64,000 bases of DNA from Candidatus Thermofontivivens primus (GTDB taxonomy: Bacteria > Sysuimicrobiota > Sysuimicrobiia > Sysuimicrobiales > Thermofontiviventaceae): positions 129,728-193,727 of the forward strand of contig JAVKJW010000002.1 of NCBI GenBank assembly GCA_031458695.1, in the 5' to 3' direction. Of the stretch, positions 1 to 9,981 are shown piece by piece (the stretch's first letter is position 1; every line of letters starts with the position of its first letter). The translations under genes and the position numbers were made by a program. The notes beneath the pieces are model-generated. The model was not told the origin of the DNA. It did no database searches and was given only the letters and a program-made list of their open reading frames with translations.

Positions 1-611
1 CAGCGGAGATGCCGGGGATCTACCTCCCGGGAGAGTTGGATGTCGTTGGGTGCGTGGTCGGGATGGTCCCTCGGGCGAGGCTGATGGATGGGAGCGCTAT
101 AACCCCCGGAGATCTGCTCATAGGCCTTGCCTCAAGCGGCCTCCACACCAACGGGTACTCCCTTGCTCGTCATGTTCTGGCGAAGGCCGGGATATCCCTT
201 GATGCATGGCCAGTCGGCCTTGATGCACCCCTTGGGGAAATTCTCATGCGCCCGCATAGGAACTATGCTCCGGCGATCCTCCAGGTCGTGCAGGAAGAGG
301 AGGTCCATGGCATCGCCCACATCACAGGAGGAGGCCTTCCCGGAAACCTCGTCCGTATCCTTCCCCCCGGTTGTCATGCGGTGATCCGGCGGGGGAGCTG
401 GCTCGTTCCTCCTATCTTCTCCTTCCTCCAGGAGGTGGGGAGCATCTCTGAGGAGGAGATGTTCCGCACCTTCAACATGGGGATCGGGCTGGTTCTTGTC
501 GTACCTCCCCACGCTGTGGAGAAGGTGATGCGCCTGCTCCACCAGCGGGGGGAACAGGCCTTCCCCATCGGGGAGGTCCGGCCCGGCCAGCAGGGAGTGG
601 AGATCCGGTGA
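1..611 (+). CDS. purM: Phosphoribosylformylglycinamidine cyclo-ligase (AIR synthetase), 5'-truncated by the window edge
   Basis: AEMPG, SSGLHTNGYSL, AHITGGG and TFNMGIG motifs; directly upstream of purN. Confidence 0.96.
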   Translation, partial: AEMPGIYLPGELDVVGCVVGMVPRARLMDGSAITPGDLLIGLASSGLHTNGYSLARHVLAKAGISLDAWPVGLDAPLGEILMRPHRNYAPAILQVVQEEEVHGIAHITGGGLPGNLVRILPPGCHAVIRRGSWLVPPIFSFLQEVGSISEEEMFRTFNMGIGLVLVVPPHAVEKVMRLLHQRGEQAFPIGEVRPGQQGVEIR

Positions 612-1261
612 TCCGCCTTGGGGTCCTCGTCTCAGGAAAGGGAACCACGTTGCAGGCAATTTTGGATGCCTGTTCCCGTGGGCTTATCGATGCGGAGGTG
701 GTTGTGGTCATTTCTAACAACCCTGAGGCTTTCGCCTTGGAGCGTGCCCGGCGGGCTGGGGTTGAGGCGATTGTCATCAACCACAGGGATTTCCCTGACC
801 GCCCTTCCTTTGAGAGAAAGCTGGCTGAGGAGCTAGAGCAACGCAAGGTAGATCTCGTCTGTCTTGCAGGCTTCCTGCGGATCCTCACTCCGGTGTTCGT
901 CGAGAGGTTCAGGGGGCGCATCATGAACATCCACCCCGCCCTCCTCCCGGCATTCGGGGGGAAGGGGATGTACGGCGAACGGGTCCACGCGGCGGTCCTG
1001 GCTTCTGGGGCGAGGGTCTCCGGGTGTACGGTGCACTTCGTGGACGAGACACCGGACGGGGGGCCGATCATCCTCCAGGCAGTCGTTCCTGTCCTGGACG
1101 GGGACACCGTAGAGACTCTGGCGGCGCGGGTAGCCAGGGAAGAGCACCGGTTGTACCCTCTCGCCATCCAGCTGTTCGCCGAGGGAAGGCTGGAGGTCCA
1201 CGGCAAGCGCGTGGTGGTTGTGCCCCGTGAATCGGAAGTGGTGAGAAGGTCCAAACCGTGA
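608..1261 (+). CDS. purN: Phosphoribosylglycinamide formyltransferase
   Basis: VLVSGxGT, LAGFLRIL, NIHPALLP and HFVDExxDGGPII motifs; GTGA overlap with purM. Confidence 0.97.
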   Translation: MIRLGVLVSGKGTTLQAILDACSRGLIDAEVVVVISNNPEAFALERARRAGVEAIVINHRDFPDRPSFERKLAEELEQRKVDLVCLAGFLRILTPVFVERFRGRIMNIHPALLPAFGGKGMYGERVHAAVLASGARVSGCTVHFVDETPDGGPIILQAVVPVLDGDTVETLAARVAREEHRLYPLAIQLFAEGRLEVHGKRVVVVPRESEVVRRSKP

Positions 1262-1293
1262 GAACTGTGCATGGGATGCGAGGTGAGGGAGCT

Positions 1294-2838
1294 GTGCGCG
1301 TAGCGAGGGCGCTCCTCAGTGTGTATGACAAAACAGGCCTGGTGGAGTTCGCGAAGGACCTGGAAGCGCTCGGAGTGGAACTGATCTCCACCGAAGGAAC
1401 CGGTCGCCTCCTGCGGGAAGCTGGGTTGCCTGTGCGCTTTGTCTCTGAGCTCACCGGCTTCCCGGAGGTGCTGGACGGCCGGGTGAAGACCTTGCACCCT
1501 GCCATATTCGCCGCGATCCTCGCCCGACGTGGGCGGGAGGACGACGAGCGCCAGCTCAGGGAGCTGGGCCTTGATCCCATCGACCTGGTGGTCATAAACC
1601 TCTACCCGTTTGAACGTGCCGTTATGGAGCTACCCCTGGGTGAGGCCCTCGAGTACATCGACATTGGAGGAGTTGCCCTCCTGCGCGCCGCCGCGAAGAA
1701 CTGGCCGTGGGTGGGAGTCGTCAGCCACCCTCGGCAGTATCCCGTAGTCCTCGCAGCGCTCCGACAGGGGGGAGGGAAGCTTCCAGAGGATCTCCGGAGG
1801 AAGCTTGCCTGGGAAGCTTTCCAGGCCACGGCCACATACGATGCTGCTATCGCTGCCTTTCTGGGGGAACCTCTCCAGGGCTTCTCAGCGGGGGGCGAAC
1901 TGCCTCAGCAGGTGCTCCTGAGCTTGAGGAAGGTCCAGGATCTCCGCTACGGGGAGAACCCTCACCAGCAGGGGGCTCTTTATCGAATCCTTGGAGCCCC
2001 CGTGGGTCCCTTGGTTGGGGCGAGGCTGCTTCATGGAAAGGCACTCTCCTACAATAACTTCCTTGATCTCGAGGTGGCCTGGGGCTTGGTCAACGAGTTC
2101 TCGGAGCCAGCAGCCTGTATCATCAAGCATGCCAGCCCGTGCGGGGTGGGGGTCGCGCGAACTTTAGAGGAGGCGTACAGGAAGGCCAGGGAGGCTGACC
2201 CCGTCTCCAGCTTCGGAGGCATCGTTGGGTTGAACCAGGAGGTGGATGGGGCTACCGCTCGGGAGATCTCCACGTTGTTCGTCGAGGCCGTGATCGCCCC
2301 TGGATTCGCTGCGGAGGCCCTGGAGATCCTCTCCCGCAAGAAGAACCTGAGGATCCTCGCCGCTGGAGGGCCACCACAGGTGGAGTGGGAGTTCCGAAGC
2401 GTTTCCGGGGGTATTCTGGTTCAAGAAGTCGATCGCGCGCCTTTCGCGGAAAGTTCCCTGACCTTCGTCACCTCGCACAAGCCCACGCCAGAGCAGATGG
2501 AAGAGATGCGATTCGCCTGGAAGGTCGTGAAGTGGGCGAAGTCCAATGCCATCGTCATTGCGAGGGACCGGCAAACGGTAGGGATCGGGGCAGGTCAGCC
2601 CAATCGCGTCGACGCCGTACGCATTGCTGTTCGGCGCGCCGGAGAAAAAGCGCAGGGGGCCGTGTTGGCTTCCGATGGATTCTTCCCCTTCCCCGATGGG
2701 GTGGAAGAGGCTGCCCGCGCTGGCGTCACCGCCATCATCCAGCCCGGAGGCTCGGTGCGAGACGCAGAGGTCATCGCTGCTGCCCAGGCGCACGGGATCG
2801 CCATGGTCCTCACGGGCGTCCGGCACTTCCGCCACTGA
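1294..2838 (+). CDS. purH: Bifunctional AICAR transformylase/IMP cyclohydrolase
   Basis: [36 protein letters not shown] and C-terminal RHFRH; GTG start at 1294 chosen after GAGG (ORF is open from 1258). Confidence 0.97.
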   Translation: MRVARALLSVYDKTGLVEFAKDLEALGVELISTEGTGRLLREAGLPVRFVSELTGFPEVLDGRVKTLHPAIFAAILARRGREDDERQLRELGLDPIDLVVINLYPFERAVMELPLGEALEYIDIGGVALLRAAAKNWPWVGVVSHPRQYPVVLAALRQGGGKLPEDLRRKLAWEAFQATATYDAAIAAFLGEPLQGFSAGGELPQQVLLSLRKVQDLRYGENPHQQGALYRILGAPVGPLVGARLLHGKALSYNNFLDLEVAWGLVNEFSEPAACIIKHASPCGVGVARTLEEAYRKAREADPVSSFGGIVGLNQEVDGATAREISTLFVEAVIAPGFAAEALEILSRKKNLRILAAGGPPQVEWEFRSVSGGILVQEVDRAPFAESSLTFVTSHKPTPEQMEEMRFAWKVVKWAKSNAIVIARDRQTVGIGAGQPNRVDAVRIAVRRAGEKAQGAVLASDGFFPFPDGVEEAARAGVTAIIQPGGSVRDAEVIAAAQAHGIAMVLTGVRHFRH

Positions 2839-2851
2839 GGCCTCCACGAGG

Positions 2852-2892
2852 TTGACATACCCTACAGGGTATGGTAATATACCCTCGGGGTG
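2852..2892 (+). promoter_or_regulatory. Sigma70 promoter overlapped by CsoR/CstR-type operator(s)
   Basis: TTGACA (2852) N17 TAATAT (2875) with extended TG; perfect inverted repeat CATACCC-TACA-GGGTATG (2856-2873) and a second TACCC-TCG-GGGT site (2880-2891); CsoR-family gene two ORFs downstream. Confidence 0.85.
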
Positions 2893-2919
2893 CACAATCT
2901 TCCCGGAGGTGGAAAAACC

Positions 2920-3135
2920 ATGAAAGGCTGCGTCGGGACGCTGGATCGTGTGATCCGTGGGTTGGTTGGTGTTGTGCTCCTTGCCATTGGCCTGACCCAT
3001 GCAGGGGGAATTTCGCAGGGGTGGGCGTACCTGGCGGATCTCTTGGGGGTGATCGGTATCGTGACAGGGTTGGCTGGATACTGTCCCTTGTACCTCCTGC
3101 TGGGGATCCAGACCTGCCCTGCGAAGAGGGCATAG
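2920..3135 (+). CDS. DUF2892 (YgaP-like) small membrane protein
   Basis: GGAGG RBS; VGxLDRxIR ... TGLxGYCPLYxLLGIxTC signature; two hydrophobic segments. Confidence 0.88.
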   Translation: MKGCVGTLDRVIRGLVGVVLLAIGLTHAGGISQGWAYLADLLGVIGIVTGLAGYCPLYLLLGIQTCPAKRA

Positions 3136-3194
3136 GGAATCTGGGCTGAACGGGTCTTCCTGTGCAAGCCCCCGGCAACCATGGGGAGAAGAGG

Positions 3195-3494
3195 ATGACG
3201 CTGCATCCGCGCCTTGGGATGGAACGCAACTTCACGGATCTGCTCTCCCCAGAAGACAGAGCAGAACTCCACCGTCGTTTGCGGCGGATTGAGGGCCAGG
3301 TGCGTGGAGTGGAGCACATGCTGGATACTCAACGGTCCTGCGAAGAGATTGTCCAGCAGCTCGCCGCGATCAAGGCAGCGGTCCACCAGGCTGGCCTCGA
3401 GCTGCTCCGCCGTCTCCTGGTGAGCTGCACAAGGGGAGGGAGGGGATCTACGGAGATCTCCCACCTCTTGGAGTTGTTCAATCGCTTTGCCTGA
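3195..3494 (+). CDS. CsoR/RcnR-family repressor, CstR-like (two Cys, no Cu-binding His)
   Basis: RLRRIEGQVRG...SCEEIVQQLAAIKAA...LLVSC; start uncertain (3162, 3195 or 3219). Confidence 0.88.
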   Translation: MTLHPRLGMERNFTDLLSPEDRAELHRRLRRIEGQVRGVEHMLDTQRSCEEIVQQLAAIKAAVHQAGLELLRRLLVSCTRGGRGSTEISHLLELFNRFA

Positions 3495-3591
3495 GTTCCC
3501 CACGAACTCCCTTGGTTTCAGATTTGGCGGGGGAGGTGGTGATGTGCCGTCTTTCTCCCTGTGGGGAGTGGCTGCTGTGAGGTGATGTCCA

Positions 3592-4932
3592 ATGGGCCAG
3601 AGGCTCATCGTTGTGGGAGGCTCGGCGGCCGGGATGAGCGCAGCAGCGAAAGCGCGCCGGACGAACGAGAACTTGGAGATCGTTGTCTATGAGAAGTCTC
3701 GATTTGTGAGCTATGGCTCGTGCGGCTTTCCGTATTTCCTGAAGGGTGAGATCCCTCGCATAGAGGACCTCATTGTGCGCACACCCCAGGAATTTTTCAA
3801 GCAGGGGATCCATGCCAAGATTCGACACCAGGTTCTGTTCATCGACCCACAGGAACGCACCATGCAAGTGCGCAACCTTGAGACGGGAGAAGAGTTCACA
3901 GAGCATTGGGATAAATTGATCCTGACCACTGGTGGTATTGCCGCTCGCCCTCCCATCCGAGGCCTCGCCCTTGCGGGGATCTTCACCCTGCGTACCCCAG
4001 AGGATGCGCTGGCTGTCCATGCGTGGCTGGAGCAGGCGGACGTGAAGTGGGGTGTGATTGTGGGGGGAGGCTACATCGGGTTGGAGATGGCCGAGGCCCT
4101 GGCGGCGCGTGGACTCCATGTGACCCTGGTGGAGATGCTGCCCCAGGTGATGCCGGGGATGGATCCAGAGATGGCTGCGCACGTTCTGGAGGAGTTAAGA
4201 CGGAATCAGGTGGACGTGCGCCTTGAGCACCCTGTTGAGGCGTTCGAAGGCGATGGCCGCGTGCGCGCAGTGATGGCTGGCGGGGAACGCTTCCCAGCGG
4301 ATGTGGTCATCCTCAGCGTGGGAGTGAAACCGGAGGTCGCTCTCGCACGTGCTGCCGGGATCGCCCTTGGTCCAACAGGGGCGGTGGCTGTGGATGATCA
4401 CCAACGAACCAACCTCCCCGAAGTCTGGGCCGCAGGAGATGTGGCTGAGGCCCTTCACTTGGTTACAGGGAAACCTGCTTACATCCCCCTCGGCACGACC
4501 GCGAACAAGCAGGGGCGTGTGGCCGGGGCCAACGCAGCAGGCGGGGATGCGATCTTCCCGGGCGTCGTAGGAACTGCGGTGGTCAAGGTGTTCGACCTCG
4601 AGGTTGCGCACACCGGGCTCTCAGAGCGCTCCGCGCGTGCAGAGGGATATGACGTGGAGACCGTCACGATCTCCGCCCCCGCGAGGGCCCACTACATGCC
4701 CTACCACCCGCCCATCCATCTCAAGCTCGTATTTGAACGAGGTTCGCAGCGGTTATTGGGCGCTCAAATGGTGGGCCAGGAGGGGGTTGCAAAGCGCATC
4801 GATGTCCTGGCTGCCGCCCTTTCTGCCCGATGGACCACGTATGACTTGGCAGGTCTAGATCTCAGTTATGCCCCTCCATTCGCTCCTGTCTGGGACCCCA
4901 TCCTTGTTGCGGCAAACGTGGCCAACCGCTGA
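3592..4932 (+). CDS. CoA-disulfide reductase / NADH oxidase family flavoprotein
   Basis: GGSAAG FAD motif, single redox Cys in SYGSCG, GGGYIG NADH motif, C-terminal LDLSYAPPF. Confidence 0.9.
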   Translation: MGQRLIVVGGSAAGMSAAAKARRTNENLEIVVYEKSRFVSYGSCGFPYFLKGEIPRIEDLIVRTPQEFFKQGIHAKIRHQVLFIDPQERTMQVRNLETGEEFTEHWDKLILTTGGIAARPPIRGLALAGIFTLRTPEDALAVHAWLEQADVKWGVIVGGGYIGLEMAEALAARGLHVTLVEMLPQVMPGMDPEMAAHVLEELRRNQVDVRLEHPVEAFEGDGRVRAVMAGGERFPADVVILSVGVKPEVALARAAGIALGPTGAVAVDDHQRTNLPEVWAAGDVAEALHLVTGKPAYIPLGTTANKQGRVAGANAAGGDAIFPGVVGTAVVKVFDLEVAHTGLSERSARAEGYDVETVTISAPARAHYMPYHPPIHLKLVFERGSQRLLGAQMVGQEGVAKRIDVLAAALSARWTTYDLAGLDLSYAPPFAPVWDPILVAANVANR

Positions 4933-4943
4933 CTGCCGCAAAC

Positions 4944-4973
4944 TTGCATTGACCACGATCTATCTGATATAAT
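4944..4973 (+). promoter_or_regulatory. Putative sigma70 promoter for the yabE-like gene
   Basis: TTGCAT (4944) N18 TATAAT (4968) with TG extension, in an AT-rich intergenic region. Confidence 0.55.
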
Positions 4974-5176
4974 ACGCTCGTTAGAATTTTCAATAGATGA
5001 AGTTCCTCTCACTTGTGCAATTGCCGAGGAAGTAGCCTAGCAAATTCCTGTCAAATTTTGGTGGGGTCCTGATTTTTAGTGATACCTCGGCAAGAGCTAA
5101 AAAAGTTTCGGCGGGCTAGAGGTCACTCACCGGATTCCGTTCCGAGCGAGTAGGCGGAGAGGACGCGGTCAAACGG

Positions 5177-6193
5177 ATGGAAGGCAACGGGACACAACCG
5201 GATGCGCTTCGTCCTGTGCTTGCGGGGATTGTCCTCGGCACAGCTGTTGCAGTTTTCCTCGTGAGCACAGGCGCCGTTTCTCTCCTCCGCAAACAGGTGA
5301 CCATCCAGGTGGATGGGGAGCGGCGTGCCATCCGTACCTACCGATCCACCGTGGGAGAGGTTCTGGAGGAGGCGCGGGTCACCTTCGCTCCTCAGGACGT
5401 TGTGACCCCTCCTGTAGGGACACGGGTCAAGGATGGGATGGAGATCAGCGTCCGGCATGCTATCCCCGTGGTGATCCTCGCTGACGGACGCGAGGTGAAA
5501 GTACATACCACCGCGGCCACCGTGCGAGAGATTCTTGCGCACCAGAATATCTCCCTTGGGCCAAAGGACAAGGTCTACCCATCCCTGGATGCACAGCCTT
5601 GGGCGGGCGCGCGCATCCGGGTTGTGCGCATCGAAGAGAAGATCCTGTCCATGCGCCTCCCCATCCCGTACCGAACGGTCCAAAGGCCCGATCCTCATCT
5701 CACCGTCGGGACAACGCGGATCGTGCGATCCGGCGAGCCGGGTTTCAAAGAGAAGCTGATCCTGCTCACCTATGTCGATGGGAGGCTCATCAGCCAGAAG
5801 GAGCTGGGAGAGCGCGTGGTCAAGGATCCCATCGACCGTCTCATCCTCTACGGGAGGCGGTTCCCCATCGCTTCACGTGGGGCGTTCTTGGGGCGGGAGT
5901 ATATCGAGATGCTTGCCACTGCCTATTACCCAGGTCCCAAAAACTTCGGTGGGGGAGTGGACGAGGTGACAGCCATCGGCCTTCGGGCTGGCCGGGGGGT
6001 TGTGGCTGTAGATCCCAGGGTGATCCCCCTGCGAACCAAGCTCTATATCGAAGGCTATGGCTACGCGATCGCCGGGGATACTGGAGGACGGATCAAAGGA
6101 CTGCGCATCGACCTAGGGTTTGATACCTATCGAGATGCGATCCGCTTCGGCAAGCGCAGGGTGCGCGTGTACATACTTGAACGTCCTGACTAA
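5177..6193 (+). CDS. YabE-like cell-wall protein (DUF348 repeats + G5 + 3D domain)
   Basis: N-terminal TM; two DUF348-like repeats (TVGEVL..D.V.P); G5-like GEPG; 3D motif ATAY...VAVDPRVIPL..LYIEGYG..IAGDTG..IKG.RIDL; upstream of rsmA as in Firmicutes. Confidence 0.9.
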   Translation: MEGNGTQPDALRPVLAGIVLGTAVAVFLVSTGAVSLLRKQVTIQVDGERRAIRTYRSTVGEVLEEARVTFAPQDVVTPPVGTRVKDGMEISVRHAIPVVILADGREVKVHTTAATVREILAHQNISLGPKDKVYPSLDAQPWAGARIRVVRIEEKILSMRLPIPYRTVQRPDPHLTVGTTRIVRSGEPGFKEKLILLTYVDGRLISQKELGERVVKDPIDRLILYGRRFPIASRGAFLGREYIEMLATAYYPGPKNFGGGVDEVTAIGLRAGRGVVAVDPRVIPLRTKLYIEGYGYAIAGDTGGRIKGLRIDLGFDTYRDAIRFGKRRVRVYILERPD

Positions 6194-6392
6194 GATCCCT
6201 CACGGTTTGCTACACGACCGGCTTGCTTGATCCTCTGCCGCTTTCGCGATACGATAGACTTGCAGTGGCTCCCGAGAGCTGAGGAGATACGAGGGAAGTG
6301 CGGGCGTGATGCCCCGGCGAAAGTCAAAAAGGCCTTTGCTTGGGCACTTGAGACGGGGCGGCTTGGCCTTGACCCGCTACCCAAAGGACGCA

Positions 6393-7403
6393 ATGATCCA
6401 CCGCTCAGAAGGCCTGGGATGGCTAGACCTTGCCACCCCCTCCGCCGTGCAACGGCTCCTCAAGCGCTTCGGGCTAGTTCCCCGCAAGAGGCTTGGGCAA
6501 CACTTCCTGACGAACCGGCAGGCCCTGGAGAGGATCGTGGCTGCTGCGGAGCTTTCTCCCCAGGATGCGGTCCTTGAGGTGGGAGCGGGCCTCGGGGCGC
6601 TCACCTGGGCGCTCGCGCAGAGAGCGGGGGTCGTCGTCGCCGTGGAGAAGGACCCCGGCCTCATCCGCATCCTCACAGAGCTCTTCAGTTCTTCCTCAAA
6701 CGTCCACCTCGTCCACGGGGATATCCTCTCCCTGGACCTCCCAAGCCTGTTCCGGGAGGGGCCCTCTAGGGCCATCAAGGTGGTGAGCAACCTTCCTTAC
6801 TACCTCGCATCCACCCTTATCCTCCGGCTCCTCTATGCCGACCTGGAGGGAGCTGGAGAGATTCCTATCGAGCGCATGGTGCTCACCGTTCAGGAGGAGG
6901 TAGGCCGACGGATCGTGGCCTCACCGGGGACGAAGGAATATAGCCTCCTTTCCGTGCTTGTGCAGTACCGTGCGGAACCGCGGATCGTGACTTCAATCCC
7001 CCGGTCGAGCTTCTATCCCCAGCCCGAGGTAGACTCCGTCGTGGTGAGGCTGGATGTTTACCCGATCCCGCCGCTTCAGGCAAGGGATGAGCGATTGTTC
7101 GTGCACGTGGTGCGTGCTGCTTTCGGACAACGCCGCAAGCAGCTGCGCAACGCTCTTTTGACCCTTCCCGCAGCAGGGAGCACCTTCACCTTGGGCAAGG
7201 AGGTGATCGAAGAGGCCTGTCATAGGTCCCGGATCGATCCGGAGCGCAGGGGGGAGACCCTCTCCGTTTCTGAGTTTGTCTCCCTGACCAATGCACTAGA
7301 GACCCTCTTGCTGGAAGCGAGGAAGGAGGAAGACCAGTTCAACGAGATGGCCCACATAAGGGATCCCAGCGAGGGCCAAGGGGATGTTTGCCGAGATACC
7401 TAG
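6393..7403 (+). CDS. rsmA: 16S rRNA m6,2A1518/1519 dimethyltransferase
   Basis: KRLGQHFL, LEVGAGLGALT, VSNLPYY, FYPQPEVDS, AFGQRRKQLRN and RGETLS motifs; start uncertain. Confidence 0.95.
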   Translation: MIHRSEGLGWLDLATPSAVQRLLKRFGLVPRKRLGQHFLTNRQALERIVAAAELSPQDAVLEVGAGLGALTWALAQRAGVVVAVEKDPGLIRILTELFSSSSNVHLVHGDILSLDLPSLFREGPSRAIKVVSNLPYYLASTLILRLLYADLEGAGEIPIERMVLTVQEEVGRRIVASPGTKEYSLLSVLVQYRAEPRIVTSIPRSSFYPQPEVDSVVVRLDVYPIPPLQARDERLFVHVVRAAFGQRRKQLRNALLTLPAAGSTFTLGKEVIEEACHRSRIDPERRGETLSVSEFVSLTNALETLLLEARKEEDQFNEMAHIRDPSEGQGDVCRDT

Positions 7404-7422
7404 ACGAACGAAGGAGGCGCCT

Positions 7423-8631
7423 ATGATCGAGGATATGGAAGGCCTCTACTCTGCAAGCTGTCAAGCCATGCGTCGCTCCTTGATCCGGGAGCTCCTCAAG
7501 CTCACCCGCCGCGAGGGGATCATCTCCTTCGCAGGGGGGCTCCCGGACCCATCCACATTCCCTATCGACGAGCTCGTGCATATCTCCAAAGAGGTGCTGG
7601 AAAAGCAAGGAAGGTTATCCCTCCAATACGGACCCACCGAGGGCGATCCAAGGCTCCGGGAGGAGCTAAGCCGCTGGATGGCCAAGGATGGGATCTCTGC
7701 GGGCGTCGACAACATCCTTGTGACCTCGGGATCTCAACAGGGACTGGATCTTGTGGGGAGGATCTTCCTCGACCCAGGCGATCCCATCATCGTAGAGCTT
7801 CCCACCTATATGGGTGGGCTCACCGCTTTCCGGAGTTATCGTCCGGAGATCCTAGGTGTGCCCCTGGACGATGAGGGGATGCGCACCGACCTCCTGGAAC
7901 AGGTCCTGGAGGGCCTCCGTCGCCAGGGCCGGAGGCCCAAGTTCATCTATGTCGTGCCGGACTTCCAGAACCCTTCGGGGATCACCATGTCCAGGGCACG
8001 GCGAGAGCATCTCCTGGATCTTGCCGCGAGGTACCGGACCCTCATCGTGGAGGATAGCCCCTACAGGGAGCTCCGGTTTGAAGGGGAGGCACCACCCCCG
8101 CTCTACGCGCTTGATCGCGATGGCCGGGTGATCTACCTCTCCACGTTCAGCAAGACCATCGCCCCGGGCTTGCGGATTGCATGGGTCGCTGCGCATGAGG
8201 AGATCATCTCACGGTTTGTCACCGCCAAGCAGAGCATGGACCTATGCTCCCCCGCGCTCACCCAGGCCATCGCCGCGGAATTCTGTGCCAGGGGATACCT
8301 TTCGGCACGGATCCCCCGCATGATCGAGCTCTACCGCTCCAAGCGCGACGTCATGCTGGAGAGCCTCGAGGCGGAGATGCCTGAAGGGGTCAGCTGGACG
8401 CGTCCTGAGGGAGGCCTCTTCCTTTGGGTGCGCCTGCCTGAGGGGTTGGATACCGAGGCTATGCTCCCAAAGGCCATTGAGGAGGAAGGGGTAGCATATG
8501 TTGTCGGGTCGGGATTCTATGCAGATGGCTCCGGGAAGAACACCATGCGCCTGACCTTCTGCTATCCGTCACCAGAGGAGATCCGGGAGGGGATCCGGCG
8601 GCTCGCCCGGCTTATCCGCCGCCATCTGTAG
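7423..8631 (+). CDS. PLP-dependent class I/II aminotransferase (LysN/MocR-like subfamily)
   Basis: ISFAGGLPD, LQYGPTEG, PDFQNPSG, EDSPY and PLP lysine in STFSKTIAPGLR; AAGGAGG RBS. Confidence 0.92.
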   Translation: MIEDMEGLYSASCQAMRRSLIRELLKLTRREGIISFAGGLPDPSTFPIDELVHISKEVLEKQGRLSLQYGPTEGDPRLREELSRWMAKDGISAGVDNILVTSGSQQGLDLVGRIFLDPGDPIIVELPTYMGGLTAFRSYRPEILGVPLDDEGMRTDLLEQVLEGLRRQGRRPKFIYVVPDFQNPSGITMSRARREHLLDLAARYRTLIVEDSPYRELRFEGEAPPPLYALDRDGRVIYLSTFSKTIAPGLRIAWVAAHEEIISRFVTAKQSMDLCSPALTQAIAAEFCARGYLSARIPRMIELYRSKRDVMLESLEAEMPEGVSWTRPEGGLFLWVRLPEGLDTEAMLPKAIEEEGVAYVVGSGFYADGSGKNTMRLTFCYPSPEEIREGIRRLARLIRRHL

Positions 8632-8640
8632 GATCGCGAG

Positions 8641-8706
8641 GCGAAAGGTGAGAGGGTAAAAAGGAACAGGGTATTAAGCCCCCATTTGTCACTTTTCACC
8701 TTGTCA
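8641..8706. repeat. Degenerate short-period repeat (GTGAAAA/GTGACAA family), inverted arrangement
   Basis: TTGTCACTTTTCACCTTGTCA (8686-8706) is the reverse complement of the unit at 58614-58680, with 15 nt identical; lies between convergent genes. Confidence 0.6.
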
Positions 8707-8721
8707 GGGCGCACTGCTCCC

Positions 8722-9981
8722 CTAGGGTGAGGAGAACTCCCTCCCCAGGATCACAGTGATTCCCGGCTCGTTCCCCGGAATCCCCTGGCTGTGGGCGAGT
8801 GGCCCCTCAGGCTGCGCCATCACCTTCGCCTCTCCCAGTGACTCCAGGAGAGCCCGGACGATGCGAGGCCTTCCCGCACGGTCAATGATGGCCGTCCCCT
8901 CGACACGTTGCGGGGAGGTACCGATGCGGGTGATACGGAACCCCAGCTTCTCCAGGCGCCTGGCAGTCTGGCGGGCCAAGCCTGGGATTTCGCTCCCGTT
9001 GAGGACCTCGATGGGCGTCGCGTCGAGGTCCTCTGGATCTACGCCAAGGAAGTCTCGGGCGATCAGGGGGCGGATCTTCTCCCAATCGGGTTCCCAGTAT
9101 CCCGGGGAGAAGTGGCCAGGGAGTGTGGCGGTGGAGAGGCCTTCTGGGCCAACGCGAAAGGCGAACCATCCCAGGGTGAGGAGATCCGGGAGGGTCAGGT
9201 TGGTCTCGGTGTTCTCCGAGAAGGTGCGGATGACCTGGGGGAGGCGCAGCCAAGTAGAGGGGGATCGCAGTTTTTGGAGGATTGCGAGGATGACCTTCTG
9301 CTGCCTCTGGACCCTGGCGATGTCGCCAAGGGCTTCATGCCGGAATCGGGCATACCCCATGGCTTGTTCCCCGTTGAGATGCTGCCTTCCCTTCTTGAGG
9401 TTGATGGTGAGGCCCGCCCACCGGTCCACGTAGTACATGTCCCGCTCCACGTCCACCTCGATGCCCCCCAGGGCGTCGATGAGGCGCACGAACCCCTTCA
9501 CCCCCATTTGGAGATAGAACGGGATGCGGACCCCGAGGAGCTCCTCCACGGTACGGACGGTAAGGGAGGCTCCCCCGAAGGCATAGCTCGCGTTGATTTT
9601 TGTGACCCCTACCCCCGGAATTTCCGCCCGTGTGTCCCTGGGGATGGAGAGGGCCAGGACGCGCTTTCGCTCTGGATCAAACGTAACCAGGATGAGCGTA
9701 TCGGAACGGGAGACCGGGACGATGCGGCGGTACCGATCCAGTGTCACGTCCGTCCCGATGAACAGCACATTCACCCTTTCGCTAAGGAGGAGTGGCCAGC
9801 GCGATACTCTTTCTCCGTCTGGGAGAGGCTGCCCTAACCTCCAAAGGAGACCGAGGACAAATCCCAGGCTGAGGCCGAACAGGAGGACGAAGGTCGCAAG
9901 CCCAATCAGCCAGGGGCTCGGTCGTCTTCTCCTGCGCTTCTCCTCTGCTGGTCCAGGCTCAAGCCGTTTTAACTCGTTCAT
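8722..9981 (-). CDS. LCP (LytR-CpsA-Psr) family protein with LytR C-terminal domain
   Basis: TM then NVLFIGTD, RSDTLIL, LSIPRDT, KINASY, ARFRH...DIARVQRQQ; C-terminal IEVLNGS..PGLA. Confidence 0.93.
   Translation of the reverse strand: MNELKRLEPGPAEEKRRRRRPSPWLIGLATFVLLFGLSLGFVLGLLWRLGQPLPDGERVSRWPLLLSERVNVLFIGTDVTLDRYRRIVPVSRSDTLILVTFDPERKRVLALSIPRDTRAEIPGVGVTKINASYAFGGASLTVRTVEELLGVRIPFYLQMGVKGFVRLIDALGGIEVDVERDMYYVDRWAGLTINLKKGRQHLNGEQAMGYARFRHEALGDIARVQRQQKVILAILQKLRSPSTWLRLPQVIRTFSENTETNLTLPDLLTLGWFAFRVGPEGLSTATLPGHFSPGYWEPDWEKIRPLIARDFLGVDPEDLDATPIEVLNGSEIPGLARQTARRLEKLGFRITRIGTSPQRVEGTAIIDRAGRPRIVRALLESLGEAKVMAQPEGPLAHSQGIPGNEPGITVILGREFSSP

Noticed and set aside
6311..6329. CCCCGGCRAAAGTCAAAA motif also present near 21146
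   Set aside because: Only two copies; reads as a reverse-strand TTGACT -35-like context with no supported function.
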